Of a stretch of DNA of 64,000 bases, positions 10,220-20,071 are shown one piece after another. The stretch is from Candidatus Lutibacillus vidarii. Its GTDB lineage: Bacteria; Actinomycetota; Actinomycetes; Actinomycetales; Dermatophilaceae. The translations under genes were made by a program, and so were the position numbers. The notes under the pieces are model-generated. The model was given only the letters and a program-made list of their open reading frames with translations, made no database searches and had not been told where the DNA came from. The first letter of the stretch is position 1. Every line of letters starts with the position of its first letter. The stretch is from positions 188,592 to 252,591 of the forward strand of contig JADKGA010000001.1 of assembly GCA_016717165.1 (NCBI GenBank). The letters are read 5' to 3'.

Positions 10220-10408
10220 AGGAGCAAGGCTGCTGGGAATGTGAGGGGGCGCGTCGGTGGAGTACGTTGGGCCCTGCCCTCACTGTGAGCGCTGACACAC
10301 CCAGCGCCGCGGGACCCCTCGCCAGCGGCGCCGCGGAAGACCCCGCGTCGACCCACGGCCCGAGCCGGGCGGGACGTCGCGGTCCCGACCGGGGAGTAGG
10401 AGAGCCAC

Positions 10409-11551
10409 GTGACACCGACCGCGCCTCGCCCCGCGACCGAGGGGGGCCCGGACATGATCCAGCTGCTCACCCCTGAGGGACAGCGGATGCATCGCCGGGA
10501 GGACCAGCAGTATGCCGATATCGCCGCCGAGCTGAGCGACGAGGACCTGCGCGGGATGTACCGCGACCTCGTCCTCATCCGGCGCATCGACGCCGAGGCG
10601 AACGCCCTCCAGCGTCAGGGCGAGCTCGGCATCTGGGTCAGCCTGCTCGGCCAGGAGGCGGCCCAGGTGGGCTGCGGCCGGGCGCTGCGACCCCAGGACT
10701 ACGCCTTCCCCACCTACCGCGAGCACGGCGTCGCGTGGTGCCGGGGCGTCGACCCGCTCAACCTGCTCGGTCTCTTCCGCGGGGTCAACCACGGGGGCTG
10801 GGACCCGAACGAGAAGAACTTCCACCTCTACACCATCGTCATCGGCGCGCAGGCGCTGCACGCGACCGGCTACGCGATGGGGGTGAACCTCGACGGCGCC
10901 GTCGCCACTGGCGACCCCGAGCGCGACACCGCCGTCATCGCCTTCTTCGGCGACGGCGCGACCAGCCAGGGCGACGTCAACGAGTCCTTCGTCTTCGCCG
11001 CGGTCCACAACGCCCCGGTCGTCTTCTTCTGCCAGAACAACCAGTGGGCGATCTCCGAGCCGAACGACCGGCAGACCCGCATCCCGCTCTACCAGCGGGC
11101 CCGAGGCTTCGGCTTCCCGGGTCTGCGGGTCGACGGCAACGACGTCCTCGCGTCATACGCCGTCTCGAAGGCGATGCTCGACCGGGCGCGGGACGGGCAG
11201 GGCCCCTCCTTCATCGAGGCGTTCACCTACCGGATGGCTGCGCACACCACCTCCGACGACCCGTCGAAGTACCGCGTCTCGGCCGAGGTCGAGACGTGGA
11301 AGCTGCGCGACCCGATCCTGCGCTTCAAGGCCTATCTTGCCCACGAGGGGAAGGCCGACGCGGCATACTTCGCGACGATCGATGCCGAGGCCGACGAGAT
11401 GGCGACCTACGTGCGCTCCGGCTGCCTGTCCATGCCCGACCCACCGGGAACGCTGATGTTCGACCATGTGTATGCCGAGCAGCACGCCCAGCTCGCGGCG
11501 CAGCGGGCCGAGTTCGTCGCCTACCAGGCCGGCTTCGAGGGGGCACACTGA
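10409..11551 (+). CDS. 2-oxoacid (branched-chain/pyruvate) dehydrogenase E1 alpha subunit
   Basis: GTG start preceded by ggagag. TPP motif FFGDGATSQGDVNE. It is first of three tightly packed E1a/E1b/E2 genes. Confidence 0.9.
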   Translation: MTPTAPRPATEGGPDMIQLLTPEGQRMHRREDQQYADIAAELSDEDLRGMYRDLVLIRRIDAEANALQRQGELGIWVSLLGQEAAQVGCGRALRPQDYAFPTYREHGVAWCRGVDPLNLLGLFRGVNHGGWDPNEKNFHLYTIVIGAQALHATGYAMGVNLDGAVATGDPERDTAVIAFFGDGATSQGDVNESFVFAAVHNAPVVFFCQNNQWAISEPNDRQTRIPLYQRARGFGFPGLRVDGNDVLASYAVSKAMLDRARDGQGPSFIEAFTYRMAAHTTSDDPSKYRVSAEVETWKLRDPILRFKAYLAHEGKADAAYFATIDAEADEMATYVRSGCLSMPDPPGTLMFDHVYAEQHAQLAAQRAEFVAYQAGFEGAH

Positions 11552-11552
11552 C

Positions 11553-12530
11553 ATGGCGACGACGACGATTGCCAAGGCGCTCAACGCCGGCCTGCGCCGG
11601 GCCATGGAGGCCGACGCCAAGGTCATCCTCTGCGGTGAGGACATCGGCAAGCTCGGCGGGGTCTTCCGGATCACCGAGGGGCTGCAGAAGGACTTCGGCG
11701 AGGAGCGGGTCATGGACTCACCGCTCGCCGAGTCCGGGATCGTGGGAACGGCCATCGGTATGGCGCTGCGCGGGTACCGGCCCGTCGTGGAGATCCAGTT
11801 CGACGGCTTCGTCTACCCGGCCTTCGACCACATCGTCAGCCAGGTGGCGAAGATGCGCTCGCGGGCGCTGGGGCACGTCCAGCTGCCCATGGTCATCCGG
11901 ATCCCCGTCGGTGGCGGGATCGGGGCGGTCGAGCACCACAGCGAGTCGAACGAGGCGTACTTCGCGCACACCGCGGGCCTTCGGGTCGTCGCGATCTCCA
12001 ACCCGGCCGATGCCTACTGGCTCATCCAGGAGGCCATCGCGGCCGACGATCCGGTGGTCTTCTACGAGCCGAAGCGGCGCTACTGGGACAAGGGCGAGCT
12101 GGACGAGACCCACCGCGGCGTCCCGCCGATGTCGCAGGCCAGCGTCGTGCGGACCGGGTCGGATGTCACGGTCGCCTGCTATGGCCCGATGGTGAAGACC
12201 TGCCTCCAGGCCGCCCAGGCCGCCGCGGAGGAGGGCACCAGCCTCGAGGTCATCGACCTGCGTTCGCTCTCCCCGCTCGACCTCGACACCGTGGCCGCCT
12301 CGGTGGAGCGGACCGGCCGGCTCGTCACCGTGCACGAGGCCTCCGGCTTCCTCGGCATCGGCGCCGAGGTGGCCGCCCAGGTGCAGCAGCGCTGCTTCTA
12401 CAGCCTCGAGGCGCCGGTCATCCGGGTCACCGGGTACGACGTGCCCTACCCCCCGAGCCGGATCGAGGAGGATTTCCTCCCCGACCTCGACCGGGTGCTC
12501 GACGCCGTCGACCGGTCATTGACCTACTGA
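11553..12530 (+). CDS. 2-oxoacid dehydrogenase E1 beta subunit
   Basis: ATG 11553 lies 2 nt after the E1 alpha stop (MATTTIAKALNAGLRRAME). EDIGKLGGVFRITEGL is typical of E1 beta. Confidence 0.9.
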   Translation: MATTTIAKALNAGLRRAMEADAKVILCGEDIGKLGGVFRITEGLQKDFGEERVMDSPLAESGIVGTAIGMALRGYRPVVEIQFDGFVYPAFDHIVSQVAKMRSRALGHVQLPMVIRIPVGGGIGAVEHHSESNEAYFAHTAGLRVVAISNPADAYWLIQEAIAADDPVVFYEPKRRYWDKGELDETHRGVPPMSQASVVRTGSDVTVACYGPMVKTCLQAAQAAAEEGTSLEVIDLRSLSPLDLDTVAASVERTGRLVTVHEASGFLGIGAEVAAQVQQRCFYSLEAPVIRVTGYDVPYPPSRIEEDFLPDLDRVLDAVDRSLTY

Positions 12531-12559
12531 CCTCGCCCTGGAGGAAGGACTGATCCGCT

Positions 12560-14065
12560 GTGTCCATCGAAGAGTTCCGTCTCCCCGACCCGGGCGAGGG
12601 CCTGACCGAGGCCGAGATCGTCACCTGGAAGGTCAAGGTCGGCGACACGGTCAAGGTCAACGACATCGTCGTCGAGATCGAGACGGCCAAGTCGCTGGTC
12701 GAGCTGCCGATCCCGTATGCCGGTACGGTCTCGGCGCTGCACGTCGCCGAGGGCCAGGTCGTCGAGGTCGGTACGCCGATCATCGCGGTCGAGACCGGGG
12801 TGGCTGGGGCGTCGGCTCTGGCCGCCGGGGCGTCGGCTCCGTCGGCCGAAGCGGCTCAGGCGCCGGCGACGACCTCTGCTGCGGCCCCGGAGGAGGAGGC
12901 CATCGAGGAGGGCAAGATCGGCGGGACCACCTCGACCGGTCGCACCGCCGTCCTCGTCGGCTATGGCGTCAAGCAGACCGAGGCGGTGCGTCGGCCCCGC
13001 CGCAAGGACGCCATCGTCCGCGATATCGCCGCCCCTCCGGGCGAGCACATCGACACCCCCGCGAACGCCCGGATCGCCACGCTCGTCGCGGCGCATGCGC
13101 CCGAGATCCGCCGGGACAACCGCACCCTCGCCGAGCTCGCTGAGCACCCGGCCGAGGCGGGCCACGGGGCGCCCGCGCTGGCCAAGCCCCCGGTCCGCAA
13201 GTACGCCAAGGACCGCGGCGTCGACCTCGCCTCGGTACGAGGGACCGGACCGGGCGGTTCGGTCACCCGGGAGGATATCGACGCGGCCCTCGCGCCAGCA
13301 GATTCCGGTGCGGCATACGGGATCTCCGGAGGAGCGGCCTCGGTGAGCCGCGGGGAGACCCGCATCCCGATCAAGGGGGTGCGGAAGATGACCGCGGCCG
13401 CCATGGTCGGCTCGGCGTTCACCGCCCCGCATGTCACCGAGTGGATCACCGTCGATGTGACCAAGACCGTCGAGCTCGTCGAGGCGCTGCGCGCCGACCG
13501 GGAGTTCGCCGACGTCAAGGTCACGCCGCTGACCGTGCTCGCCAAGGCGATGTGCCTGGCGATCCGGCGCCATCCCGGCATCAACGCGTCCTGGGACGAG
13601 GCGGCCCAGGAGATCGTCGTCAAGGGCTATGTCAACCTCGGCATCGCGGCGGCGACCCCGCGCGGACTCATCGTGCCCAATGTCAAGGACGCCGACTTGA
13701 TGACCCTGCACGATCTCGCCGGCGCGATCGGCGCGCTGACGGCCACGGCGCGTGAGGGCCGCACCCAGCCGGCCGAGATGTCCGGTGGCACGATCACCAT
13801 CACCAATGTCGGGGTCTTCGGCGTCGACACCGGCACGCCGATCCTCAACCCCGGCGAGGCCGCGATCATGGCGCTGGGCGTCATCCGCAAGCAGCCGTGG
13901 GTGGTGACGGCGGCCGACGGCTCGGACGAGCTGGCAATCCGCCAGGTCACCTACCTCGGGATGTCCTTCGACCACCGGCTCGTCGACGGCGAGCTCGGGT
14001 CGCGCTATCTCGCCGACGTCGCGGCGATCCTCGCGGACCCGGCGCGGGCCTTCGTCTGGGGCTGA
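12560..14065 (+). CDS. dihydrolipoamide acyltransferase E2 component
   Basis: Lipoyl domain VEIETAKSLVELP, an Ala/Pro linker, and a catalytic domain with SFDHRLVDGELG. Confidence 0.9.
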   Translation: MSIEEFRLPDPGEGLTEAEIVTWKVKVGDTVKVNDIVVEIETAKSLVELPIPYAGTVSALHVAEGQVVEVGTPIIAVETGVAGASALAAGASAPSAEAAQAPATTSAAAPEEEAIEEGKIGGTTSTGRTAVLVGYGVKQTEAVRRPRRKDAIVRDIAAPPGEHIDTPANARIATLVAAHAPEIRRDNRTLAELAEHPAEAGHGAPALAKPPVRKYAKDRGVDLASVRGTGPGGSVTREDIDAALAPADSGAAYGISGGAASVSRGETRIPIKGVRKMTAAAMVGSAFTAPHVTEWITVDVTKTVELVEALRADREFADVKVTPLTVLAKAMCLAIRRHPGINASWDEAAQEIVVKGYVNLGIAAATPRGLIVPNVKDADLMTLHDLAGAIGALTATAREGRTQPAEMSGGTITITNVGVFGVDTGTPILNPGEAAIMALGVIRKQPWVVTAADGSDELAIRQVTYLGMSFDHRLVDGELGSRYLADVAAILADPARAFVWG

Positions 14066-14116
14066 CCGGAGCTCAGCGGCGGCTGAACGTGGTCCGCGGT
14101 ACGGCAGACTAGGTCG

Positions 14117-14770
14117 GTGCCCACCGCTCACCTGCTCGCCTTCGTCGCCGCCTCGGTCGTCGTTGTCGCGGTGCCCGGGCCGAGCGTGCTCTTCACGATC
14201 GGCCGGGCGCTCACTGCCGGGGTGCGCGTGGCGCTGCTGACCGTCCTCGGCAATGGCATCGGGCTCGCTGCACAGGTCCTTCTCGTCGCGGCTGGGCTCG
14301 GCGGCCTGGTCGCCGCGTCCTCGACGGCGTATGCCGCGGTCAAGTATGTCGGTGCGGCATACCTGATCTGGCTGGGACTCGACGCGATCCGGCATCGCCG
14401 CGACGGGCTGACCGGGGCCGACGAGCTGGTTCCAACCGCAGACGCCGGACGGACCACAGGTGACCTCGACGCGCTGCGGACCGGGGTCCTTGTCGGCGTG
14501 ACCAACCCGAAGAGCATCGTCTTCTTCGCCGCATTGCTGCCGCAGTTCGTCGACCCCGGCGCGGCGGCGCCGCAGTGGGCCCAGCTCGTCATACTCGGCA
14601 TGGTCTTCGTCCTTATCGCGCTGCTCGGCGACTCGCTCTGGGCGGTGGCCGCGGGCTCGGCACGGGGCTGGTTCGCGAGCTCGCCGCAGCGGTTGGCTCG
14701 GCTGCGCGGCATCGGTGGGCTGCTCATCTGCGGGCTGGGCATCGGCGTGGCAGCGAGGTCCGCCCCCTGA
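14117..14770 (+). CDS. LysE/RhtB-family amino-acid exporter
   Basis: 217 aa with six hydrophobic segments. The N-terminus FVAASVVVVAVPGPSVLFTIGRAL and TNPKSIVFFAALLPQF are typical. Confidence 0.8.
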   Translation: MPTAHLLAFVAASVVVVAVPGPSVLFTIGRALTAGVRVALLTVLGNGIGLAAQVLLVAAGLGGLVAASSTAYAAVKYVGAAYLIWLGLDAIRHRRDGLTGADELVPTADAGRTTGDLDALRTGVLVGVTNPKSIVFFAALLPQFVDPGAAAPQWAQLVILGMVFVLIALLGDSLWAVAAGSARGWFASSPQRLARLRGIGGLLICGLGIGVAARSAP

Positions 14771-15966
14771 TGCTCGCGGCCTACGTTCCGCTGTTCCGCA
14801 TCCCCGGCGCCCCGGCGTTCATGGCCGGGGGCCTCCTCGCGCGTGTCGGCGGCGCGATGTTCGGCGTCTCGATGGTCGTGATGATCTCCTCGCGCCGCGG
14901 CTCGTACGCCATGGCCGGCGCGATCACCGCCGTTGCCGTCCTCGTTCTCGCCGTCGCCGGGCCGGTGCTCGGTCGGCTCATCGACCGCCACGGCCAACGC
15001 CGGATCGCCATGCCGTTCATCCTCGTCACCGGGGTGTTCGGGGTGGCGACGACGGTGCTGTCCTTCCTCGGCGCGCCGATCTGGACGATCTTCCTCACGT
15101 ATGCTGCCTCGGCCTTCCTGCCCGAGCTCGGCCCGATGTCCCGCGCCCGCTGGGTGCACATCTTCCGCGACGACCCGGAGAAGCTGCACACGGCGCTGTC
15201 CCTGGAACAGATCCTCGACGAGGGCGCCTTCGTCGTCGGCCCGATCCTCGGCGTCATGCTCGGCACGACGTGGTTCCCCGAGGCCGGAGTGCTCCTGGCC
15301 CAGCTCTTCTACACCGGGGGCGTCTTCATCTTCCTCGCTGCGCGCGCGACCGAGCCGCCCGTGGTCGCCCGCGCGGACCGACCGCGCGGGCTCGCGGTCG
15401 GCCGACCCGGCCTGTTCGTCGTCGCGGGCATCCTCACTATGGTCGGGGTCGTCTTCGGTGCGAACGAGGTGACCATCGTCGCGGTGTGCGAGGCGGCCGG
15501 TGACAAGCAGTTCTCGTCGGTGATCCTCGGTCTGCTCGCCCTCGGCTCCACGCTTGCCGGCCTGGTGTATGGCGCCCGGCAGTTCGGCTCCGCGCTGAGC
15601 AGCCGGCTGGCCCTGGCCGCCTCGGGGATGTTCCTGCTTGAGGCCCCCGCGCTCGTCGTCACCGACCTGCGCTGGCTCGGGATCGTCATGTTCGTCGCCG
15701 GGTCGGCCACGGCCCCGATGCTCATCACCGCGATGACCCTGGCGCAGCGGCTCGTCCCGTCCGCGATGGTGACCGAGGCGATCGCCGTGGCGACGACCGG
15801 CATCCTCATCGGCATCTCGATCGGGGCATCCGTCGGCGGCTGGGCGGTCGAGCACCTCGGACCGCATCAGTCCTTCGTCGTCCCGGTCGCGGCGGGAGCT
15901 CTGGCCGCCGCGTTGGCGCTGGCCCGCTCCCGCCCGCTCAACCGCGCCGAGCTCGCCGCCGCGTAG
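14770..15966 (+). CDS. MFS transporter
   Basis: ATG 14770 overlaps the LysE stop (TGATG). About 12 hydrophobic segments. The 5' part of track ORF 14575..15966 overlaps LysE and was discarded. Confidence 0.8.
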   Translation: MLAAYVPLFRIPGAPAFMAGGLLARVGGAMFGVSMVVMISSRRGSYAMAGAITAVAVLVLAVAGPVLGRLIDRHGQRRIAMPFILVTGVFGVATTVLSFLGAPIWTIFLTYAASAFLPELGPMSRARWVHIFRDDPEKLHTALSLEQILDEGAFVVGPILGVMLGTTWFPEAGVLLAQLFYTGGVFIFLAARATEPPVVARADRPRGLAVGRPGLFVVAGILTMVGVVFGANEVTIVAVCEAAGDKQFSSVILGLLALGSTLAGLVYGARQFGSALSSRLALAASGMFLLEAPALVVTDLRWLGIVMFVAGSATAPMLITAMTLAQRLVPSAMVTEAIAVATTGILIGISIGASVGGWAVEHLGPHQSFVVPVAAGALAAALALARSRPLNRAELAAA

Positions 15967-16151
15967 CGGTCCCGCAGCTTCTTTGGCTCTAGGTCTCAGC
16001 GCCGCAGCGAGGAGCTGTGCCCCAGCCGCGAGGCGCATTGCGTTCAGGTGGGGGCGATGCTCCGGCAGTGGTCCCCTGGCCTTTGAGTCGAGGCGTGTGT
16101 TCAGGCCGCAGGGCAGGCGACGTCGGGGAGTGGTTTGGCTCCTTATGCCGT

Positions 16152-16310
16152 GCTCCGTATCTGGGCGCAGCGGCCCTTTGCTCCGCATCTGGGCGCAGCG
16201 GCCCTTTGCTCCGCATGTGGACGCAGCGGCCCTTTGCTCCGCATGTGGGCGCAGCGGCCCTTTGCTCCGCATGTGGACGCAGCGGCCCTTTGCTCCGTAT
16301 CTCGGTGCGG
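16152..16310. repeat. 28-bp tandem repeat, about 5.5 head-to-tail copies (minisatellite)
   Basis: The unit gctccgcatgtgg(g/a)cgcagcggcccttt starts at 16152, 16180, 16208, 16236, 16264 and 16292. There are no spacers. More degenerate copies flank it. Confidence 0.9.
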
Positions 16311-16472
16311 CGCCTGGAAAGCCCGGACCGTGGTGGGGTTGGGCGTGACGGTGCGGCGCCTTGCTCCTGTACCGAGCCCTCTGCGTCGCCCTGAAGGGCA
16401 ACGAGGAGTTGCGTCGAATGTGGAGCACGGCATAGGGCGACTGCAGGGGTCCTCGGCGTGGCGTTGGTGCCC

Positions 16473-16545
16473 CGGGACCAGCTGCGGGTTCCACTGCGGG
16501 TTCTGCCGCGGGACCAGCTGCGGGACCAGCTGCGGGTTCAGCGAG
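16473..16545. repeat. 12-bp periodic repeat (gggaccagctgc / gggttccactgc variants, about 6 units)
   Basis: Read directly from gggaccagctgcgggttccactgcgggttctgccgcgggaccagctgcgggaccagctgcgggttc. Confidence 0.75.
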
Positions 16546-16666
16546 AGCAGCCCGATGTCACCAGACGCCGGACCTGGCCCTAGGGCGGCGCACTCCCCTC
16601 AGTGGGACCCATCCATGCGAGCCGCACCGCGGGCCGTGCTGGCTGACGTCATGACAGCGCCCGGAC

Positions 16667-17464
16667 TCAGGGCTCGACTGTGGGCTCCGCCCCCGCCGCT
16701 TGCGCCTGCAGCCAGGTCGACCACCTCTCGCCGACCTCTGCGGCGAGGCGCGCCGCATCGTCGCCATAGAGATAGCACCACGTGGAGACCCCGAGGACCG
16801 GCCCATGCGCCTCGGCCAGCAGCATCGCCGTGCCGGGTGCGGGCTCCTCGAGCAGGACCGCGACGCCCACCGACAACCGGTCAGTGACCGTGCCGACAAG
16901 GCGAGGTGTGCCAGGCACTGAGACGACGATGCGGTCGCCGGGCGCGGCATCGGGATCGAGGCCGAGGGCCGCAGCGAGCCTGGGCCACCCGGCGCCCGAC
17001 GCCGGCGGCCACATCGCCATCGGCATGGCCGACCGGGCCTGTCGACCGGCGAAGTGGGTGAGGTGCAGCCGCAGGTTGACGAAGAACGCCCGCCAGCCCT
17101 CGGTCATCGCGTCATACTGCGCGTCCCATTCCTCGCCCGACCCGAACCCGGTGTTGACCAGGCGGACGATGCTCATCCCGCCGTCCCGGCCCTCGACATG
17201 CCACTCGAAGGCCAGACCGGCGGCGCCCTCCCCTCCGTCGAAGACCACCCTCGTCGGGGGCTCCCAGGCGGCGACCCGCCCGTTGACCTGCATCTCCGGC
17301 CCGGGGCCGAAGCTCGCGGTCATCGCTCCGCCCGCTCGGGGCTCGACCTCGTGTGGGACGTACCACGAGGTGATCCCCGGCCCGGTCGCGATGGCCTCCC
17401 ATACCTGCTCGGGGGTGCCGGGGACCTCGAGCTGCATGTCGATGCTGCGCTGGTCGTCGGTCAT
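16667..17464 (-). CDS. SRPBCC/AHSA1-family protein (two START-like halves)
   Basis: 265 aa. LEVPGTPEQVWEAIATGPGITSWYV is typical of Aha1/BPI-like SRPBCC proteins commonly paired with ArsR regulators. Confidence 0.75.
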   Translation of the reverse strand: MTDDQRSIDMQLEVPGTPEQVWEAIATGPGITSWYVPHEVEPRAGGAMTASFGPGPEMQVNGRVAAWEPPTRVVFDGGEGAAGLAFEWHVEGRDGGMSIVRLVNTGFGSGEEWDAQYDAMTEGWRAFFVNLRLHLTHFAGRQARSAMPMAMWPPASGAGWPRLAAALGLDPDAAPGDRIVVSVPGTPRLVGTVTDRLSVGVAVLLEEPAPGTAMLLAEAHGPVLGVSTWCYLYGDDAARLAAEVGERWSTWLQAQAAGAEPTVEP

Positions 17465-18096
17465 GTCGGGATCTCCTCAGTCGGGTGTGCCAGGCTCACC
17501 GCAGCGGACGGCGGAGCGGGGATGGGGTGGGACGCGACGACGAGCCGGTGCAGTCGACCGCCCGGGGCCTGCCCGGCGTGGTAGCGCCCGACCAGACGGG
17601 TGACCGCGTCGGCGAGCTCGGCGGTGAAGGCGGCGCGATCGGCCGCCGAGGCGAAGCACACTTCGGTGTCGATCGTCAGCGTCGGCAGCGGTTTGGCCGC
17701 CCGGTCGGCCCGGTGGGCGAGCTCGCCCACCTCGCGCAGCAGCCGCGCGGCCACCGCAACGAGGTATGCCCTGGACAGCCGATCGGTGCGTGCGGGTTCA
17801 GGGGTGCTCGGGCCCAGAACGGCCGGCGAGACCACGTAGGAACGTGCCGAGGACTCAAGGAGTCGCTCGGTCAGCCCCCGGCGCTGTCTCGACGTGACCT
17901 GGCGGACCAGGCCGACGTTCTCCAGGGCTCGCAGGTGGTAGTTGACCTTCTGGCGCGGCAGGTCCAGCGCAGCGGCCACGGTGGTCGCCGAGCCGGGCAC
18001 GGTGAGCTCGGCCAGCAACCGGGCCCGTAACGGGTCGAGGATCACCGCCGCAATGTCGGGCTCGTCGATGACGTGGACGTCGCGCATGTCGAGCAT
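17461..18096 (-). CDS. ArsR-family (winged-helix) transcriptional regulator
   Basis: LRARLLAELTVPGSATTVAAALDLPRQKVNYHLRALENVGLV is an ArsR-type HTH. There is a 4-nt overlap with the SRPBCC gene. I prefer ATG 18096 over the TTG at 18111 used by the track. Confidence 0.8.
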   Translation of the reverse strand: MLDMRDVHVIDEPDIAAVILDPLRARLLAELTVPGSATTVAAALDLPRQKVNYHLRALENVGLVRQVTSRQRRGLTERLLESSARSYVVSPAVLGPSTPEPARTDRLSRAYLVAVAARLLREVGELAHRADRAAKPLPTLTIDTEVCFASAADRAAFTAELADAVTRLVGRYHAGQAPGGRLHRLVVASHPIPAPPSAAVSLAHPTEEIPT

Positions 18097-18132
18097 CGTC
18101 CCTATTGACAAATAGTTTTGTCAATAGGGACG
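18097..18132. promoter_or_regulatory. perfect 16-bp inverted repeat, AT-rich (operator or terminator candidate)
   Basis: cgtccctattgacaaa tagt tttgtcaatagggacg. It abuts the ArsR-type gene start and lies 13 nt after the upstream MFS stop. Confidence 0.6.
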
Positions 18133-18144
18133 GTCTGGCCAGAC

Positions 18145-19845
18145 TCAGTGCGCGATCGGTGGCGCCGCATCCCCGCCCGAGGCGGCGTGCTCGGCGCGGC
18201 TCTTCGCGAAGGCGGCGTTCGAGCGCAGCTCGACGTGGGGAAGGAACCACGAGGCGATGAGCGCGAAGACAAGGACGGCCGAGGCGGTGAGGAAGACCGC
18301 GGACATTGCCTCGGCGAAGCCGACGAGGTACGGATGGGACAGGGCGGGGTCGATGAGCTTGACGAACGAGGAGTCGCTCAGCGCCGAGGAGAAGCCTGCC
18401 CCTGACCCGGTCTGGGCGGCCTTGAGCTGGCTGAGGAACTGCGCGTTCGCCGTCGGGTCGCCCGAGGGGGAGCGCACCGCGGCCTGGAAGGCAGGCGTGG
18501 CGAAGGCCTCCTGGTAGCGGGCCGGGATGTTCTCGGCCGCCTTGGAGAACAGGATCGAGAGGAAGACGGCGGTGCCGATGGTGCCGCCGATCTGCCGGGT
18601 GAAGGTGGCCGATGAGGTCGCCACCCCGATGTCCTTGGGCGAGACCGCGTTCTGCACCGCGAGGGTCAGCGGCTGGAAGTTGAACCCGAGCCCGACGCCG
18701 AAGAAGACCATGATGATCATCGACGTCCACAGCGGGGTGTCCGCCCCGACGTAGTGGAAGGCGAACATCGCCGCGACGAGCAGCGCCGCGCCGATGATCG
18801 GGTACTGCCGGTAGGTCCCCCTCTTGGAGATGAGCAGCCCGGACAGGATCGAGCCGAACATGATCCCGAGCGTCATCGGCAGCAGCTGCAGGCCGGCCTC
18901 GGTGGCCGAGGCGCCCTTGACGATCTGGAGGTAGAGCGGCAGCGCGGCGAGTCCGCCGAACATCCCCATCCCGACGAAGACCGAGGTGATCGAGGAGGTC
19001 GCGACGGTCCGGTTGGTGAACAGGCGCAACGGGATGAGGGCCTCGTCGCCCATCGCCCGCTCGATGAACCACCCCGCGACGAAGCCGGCCGCGCCGACGG
19101 CATAGCACAGCACCGAGATCCCGGAGAGCCACCCCCACTCGCGGCCCTGTTCGGCGACGATGAGCAGCGGGACCAGCGCCACCGTGAGCGCGAGCGCTCC
19201 CCAGTAGTCGATCCGGTGGTCCAGCCGGGTGTGGTGCAGGTGCAGGGTGCGGGTCACGACGACCAGGGCAGCCGCCGCGATCGGCACGTTGACGAGGAAG
19301 ACCCAGCGCCACCCGGTGACCCCGAGGATCGAGTCCTGTCCGGCGAAGAAGCCGCCGATGACCGGCCCGAGCACCGACGACGTCCCGAAGACCGCGAGGA
19401 AGTAGCCCTGGTACTTGGCCCGCTCCCGCGGCGGCACGATGTCGCCGATGATCGCCAGCGCCAGCGAGAACAGCCCGCCGGCCCCGAGCCCTTGCACCGC
19501 CCGGTACAAGGCAAGCGTCCCGATGGAGGTGGCCAGCGTGCAGAGCATCGACCCGACCGTGAAGATCGAGATCGCCGCGATGAAGAAGGGCTTGCGCCCG
19601 TAGATATCGGACAGCTTGCCGTACAGCGGTGTGACGACGGTCGAGGTGATGAGGTAGGCCGTCGTCACCCAAGCCTGCGACGACAGCCCCTTGAGGTCGT
19701 CGGCGATGACCCGCATCGCCGACGCGACGATCGTCTGGTCGAGCGCGGCGAGGAACATCCCCATCATCAGCCCGACGAGGATGGTGACGATCTGCCGGTG
19801 CGACAGCGCTCCTGGGACTGGCTGGGGTTCCGGATGAGCGGTCAT
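18145..19845 (-). CDS. DHA2-family (14-TMS, EmrB/QacA-type) MFS efflux transporter
   Basis: ORF 18145..19869. The likely start is ATG 19845 (MTAHPEPQ). LAALDQTIVASAM and LYGKLSDIYGRKP are DHA2 signatures. Confidence 0.85.
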   Translation of the reverse strand: MTAHPEPQPVPGALSHRQIVTILVGLMMGMFLAALDQTIVASAMRVIADDLKGLSSQAWVTTAYLITSTVVTPLYGKLSDIYGRKPFFIAAISIFTVGSMLCTLATSIGTLALYRAVQGLGAGGLFSLALAIIGDIVPPRERAKYQGYFLAVFGTSSVLGPVIGGFFAGQDSILGVTGWRWVFLVNVPIAAAALVVVTRTLHLHHTRLDHRIDYWGALALTVALVPLLIVAEQGREWGWLSGISVLCYAVGAAGFVAGWFIERAMGDEALIPLRLFTNRTVATSSITSVFVGMGMFGGLAALPLYLQIVKGASATEAGLQLLPMTLGIMFGSILSGLLISKRGTYRQYPIIGAALLVAAMFAFHYVGADTPLWTSMIIMVFFGVGLGFNFQPLTLAVQNAVSPKDIGVATSSATFTRQIGGTIGTAVFLSILFSKAAENIPARYQEAFATPAFQAAVRSPSGDPTANAQFLSQLKAAQTGSGAGFSSALSDSSFVKLIDPALSHPYLVGFAEAMSAVFLTASAVLVFALIASWFLPHVELRSNAAFAKSRAEHAASGGDAAPPIAH

Positions 19846-20071
19846 GAGCGGCCTCCGTCGAAGGGCCACTGCCCCCGGTTGTCTGTGGTCCGGGTCAGCC
19901 TACAAGCCGGCCCGTGGCGGCGAGGCGCCATACCTCCGGCTCGTCATGGGGACGATGCGGGGCGAGCCGCGGCAGCGGACCTGTTGAACCCGCGCCCCGG
20001 ACAGGACAGTCTGGTCCCTACTGACCGCCGGTCCGCGGTCGTGATGGGCACGTCGAGTCGAGGGGTTCTTC

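Noticed and set aside
16152-16310. Possible CRISPR array, because a 28-bp unit recurs regularly.
   Set aside because: The repeats are contiguous with no unique spacers between them, they lack the usual repeat-spacer periodicity, and no cas genes are present. It is a tandem minisatellite.
16135-16887. A 250-aa ORF spanning the repeat region as a repeat-containing protein.
   Set aside because: The 28-bp period shifts frame every unit, the same repeat yields ORFs in all three frames, and there is no plausible start context or family resemblance.
19870-20071. The quasi-palindrome ggacaggacagtctggtcc in the divergent MFS/GPAT intergenic region as a TetR-type operator.
   Set aside because: Symmetry is only partial, there is no adjacent TetR-family regulator, and it occurs only once. 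The evidence is too weak to call.
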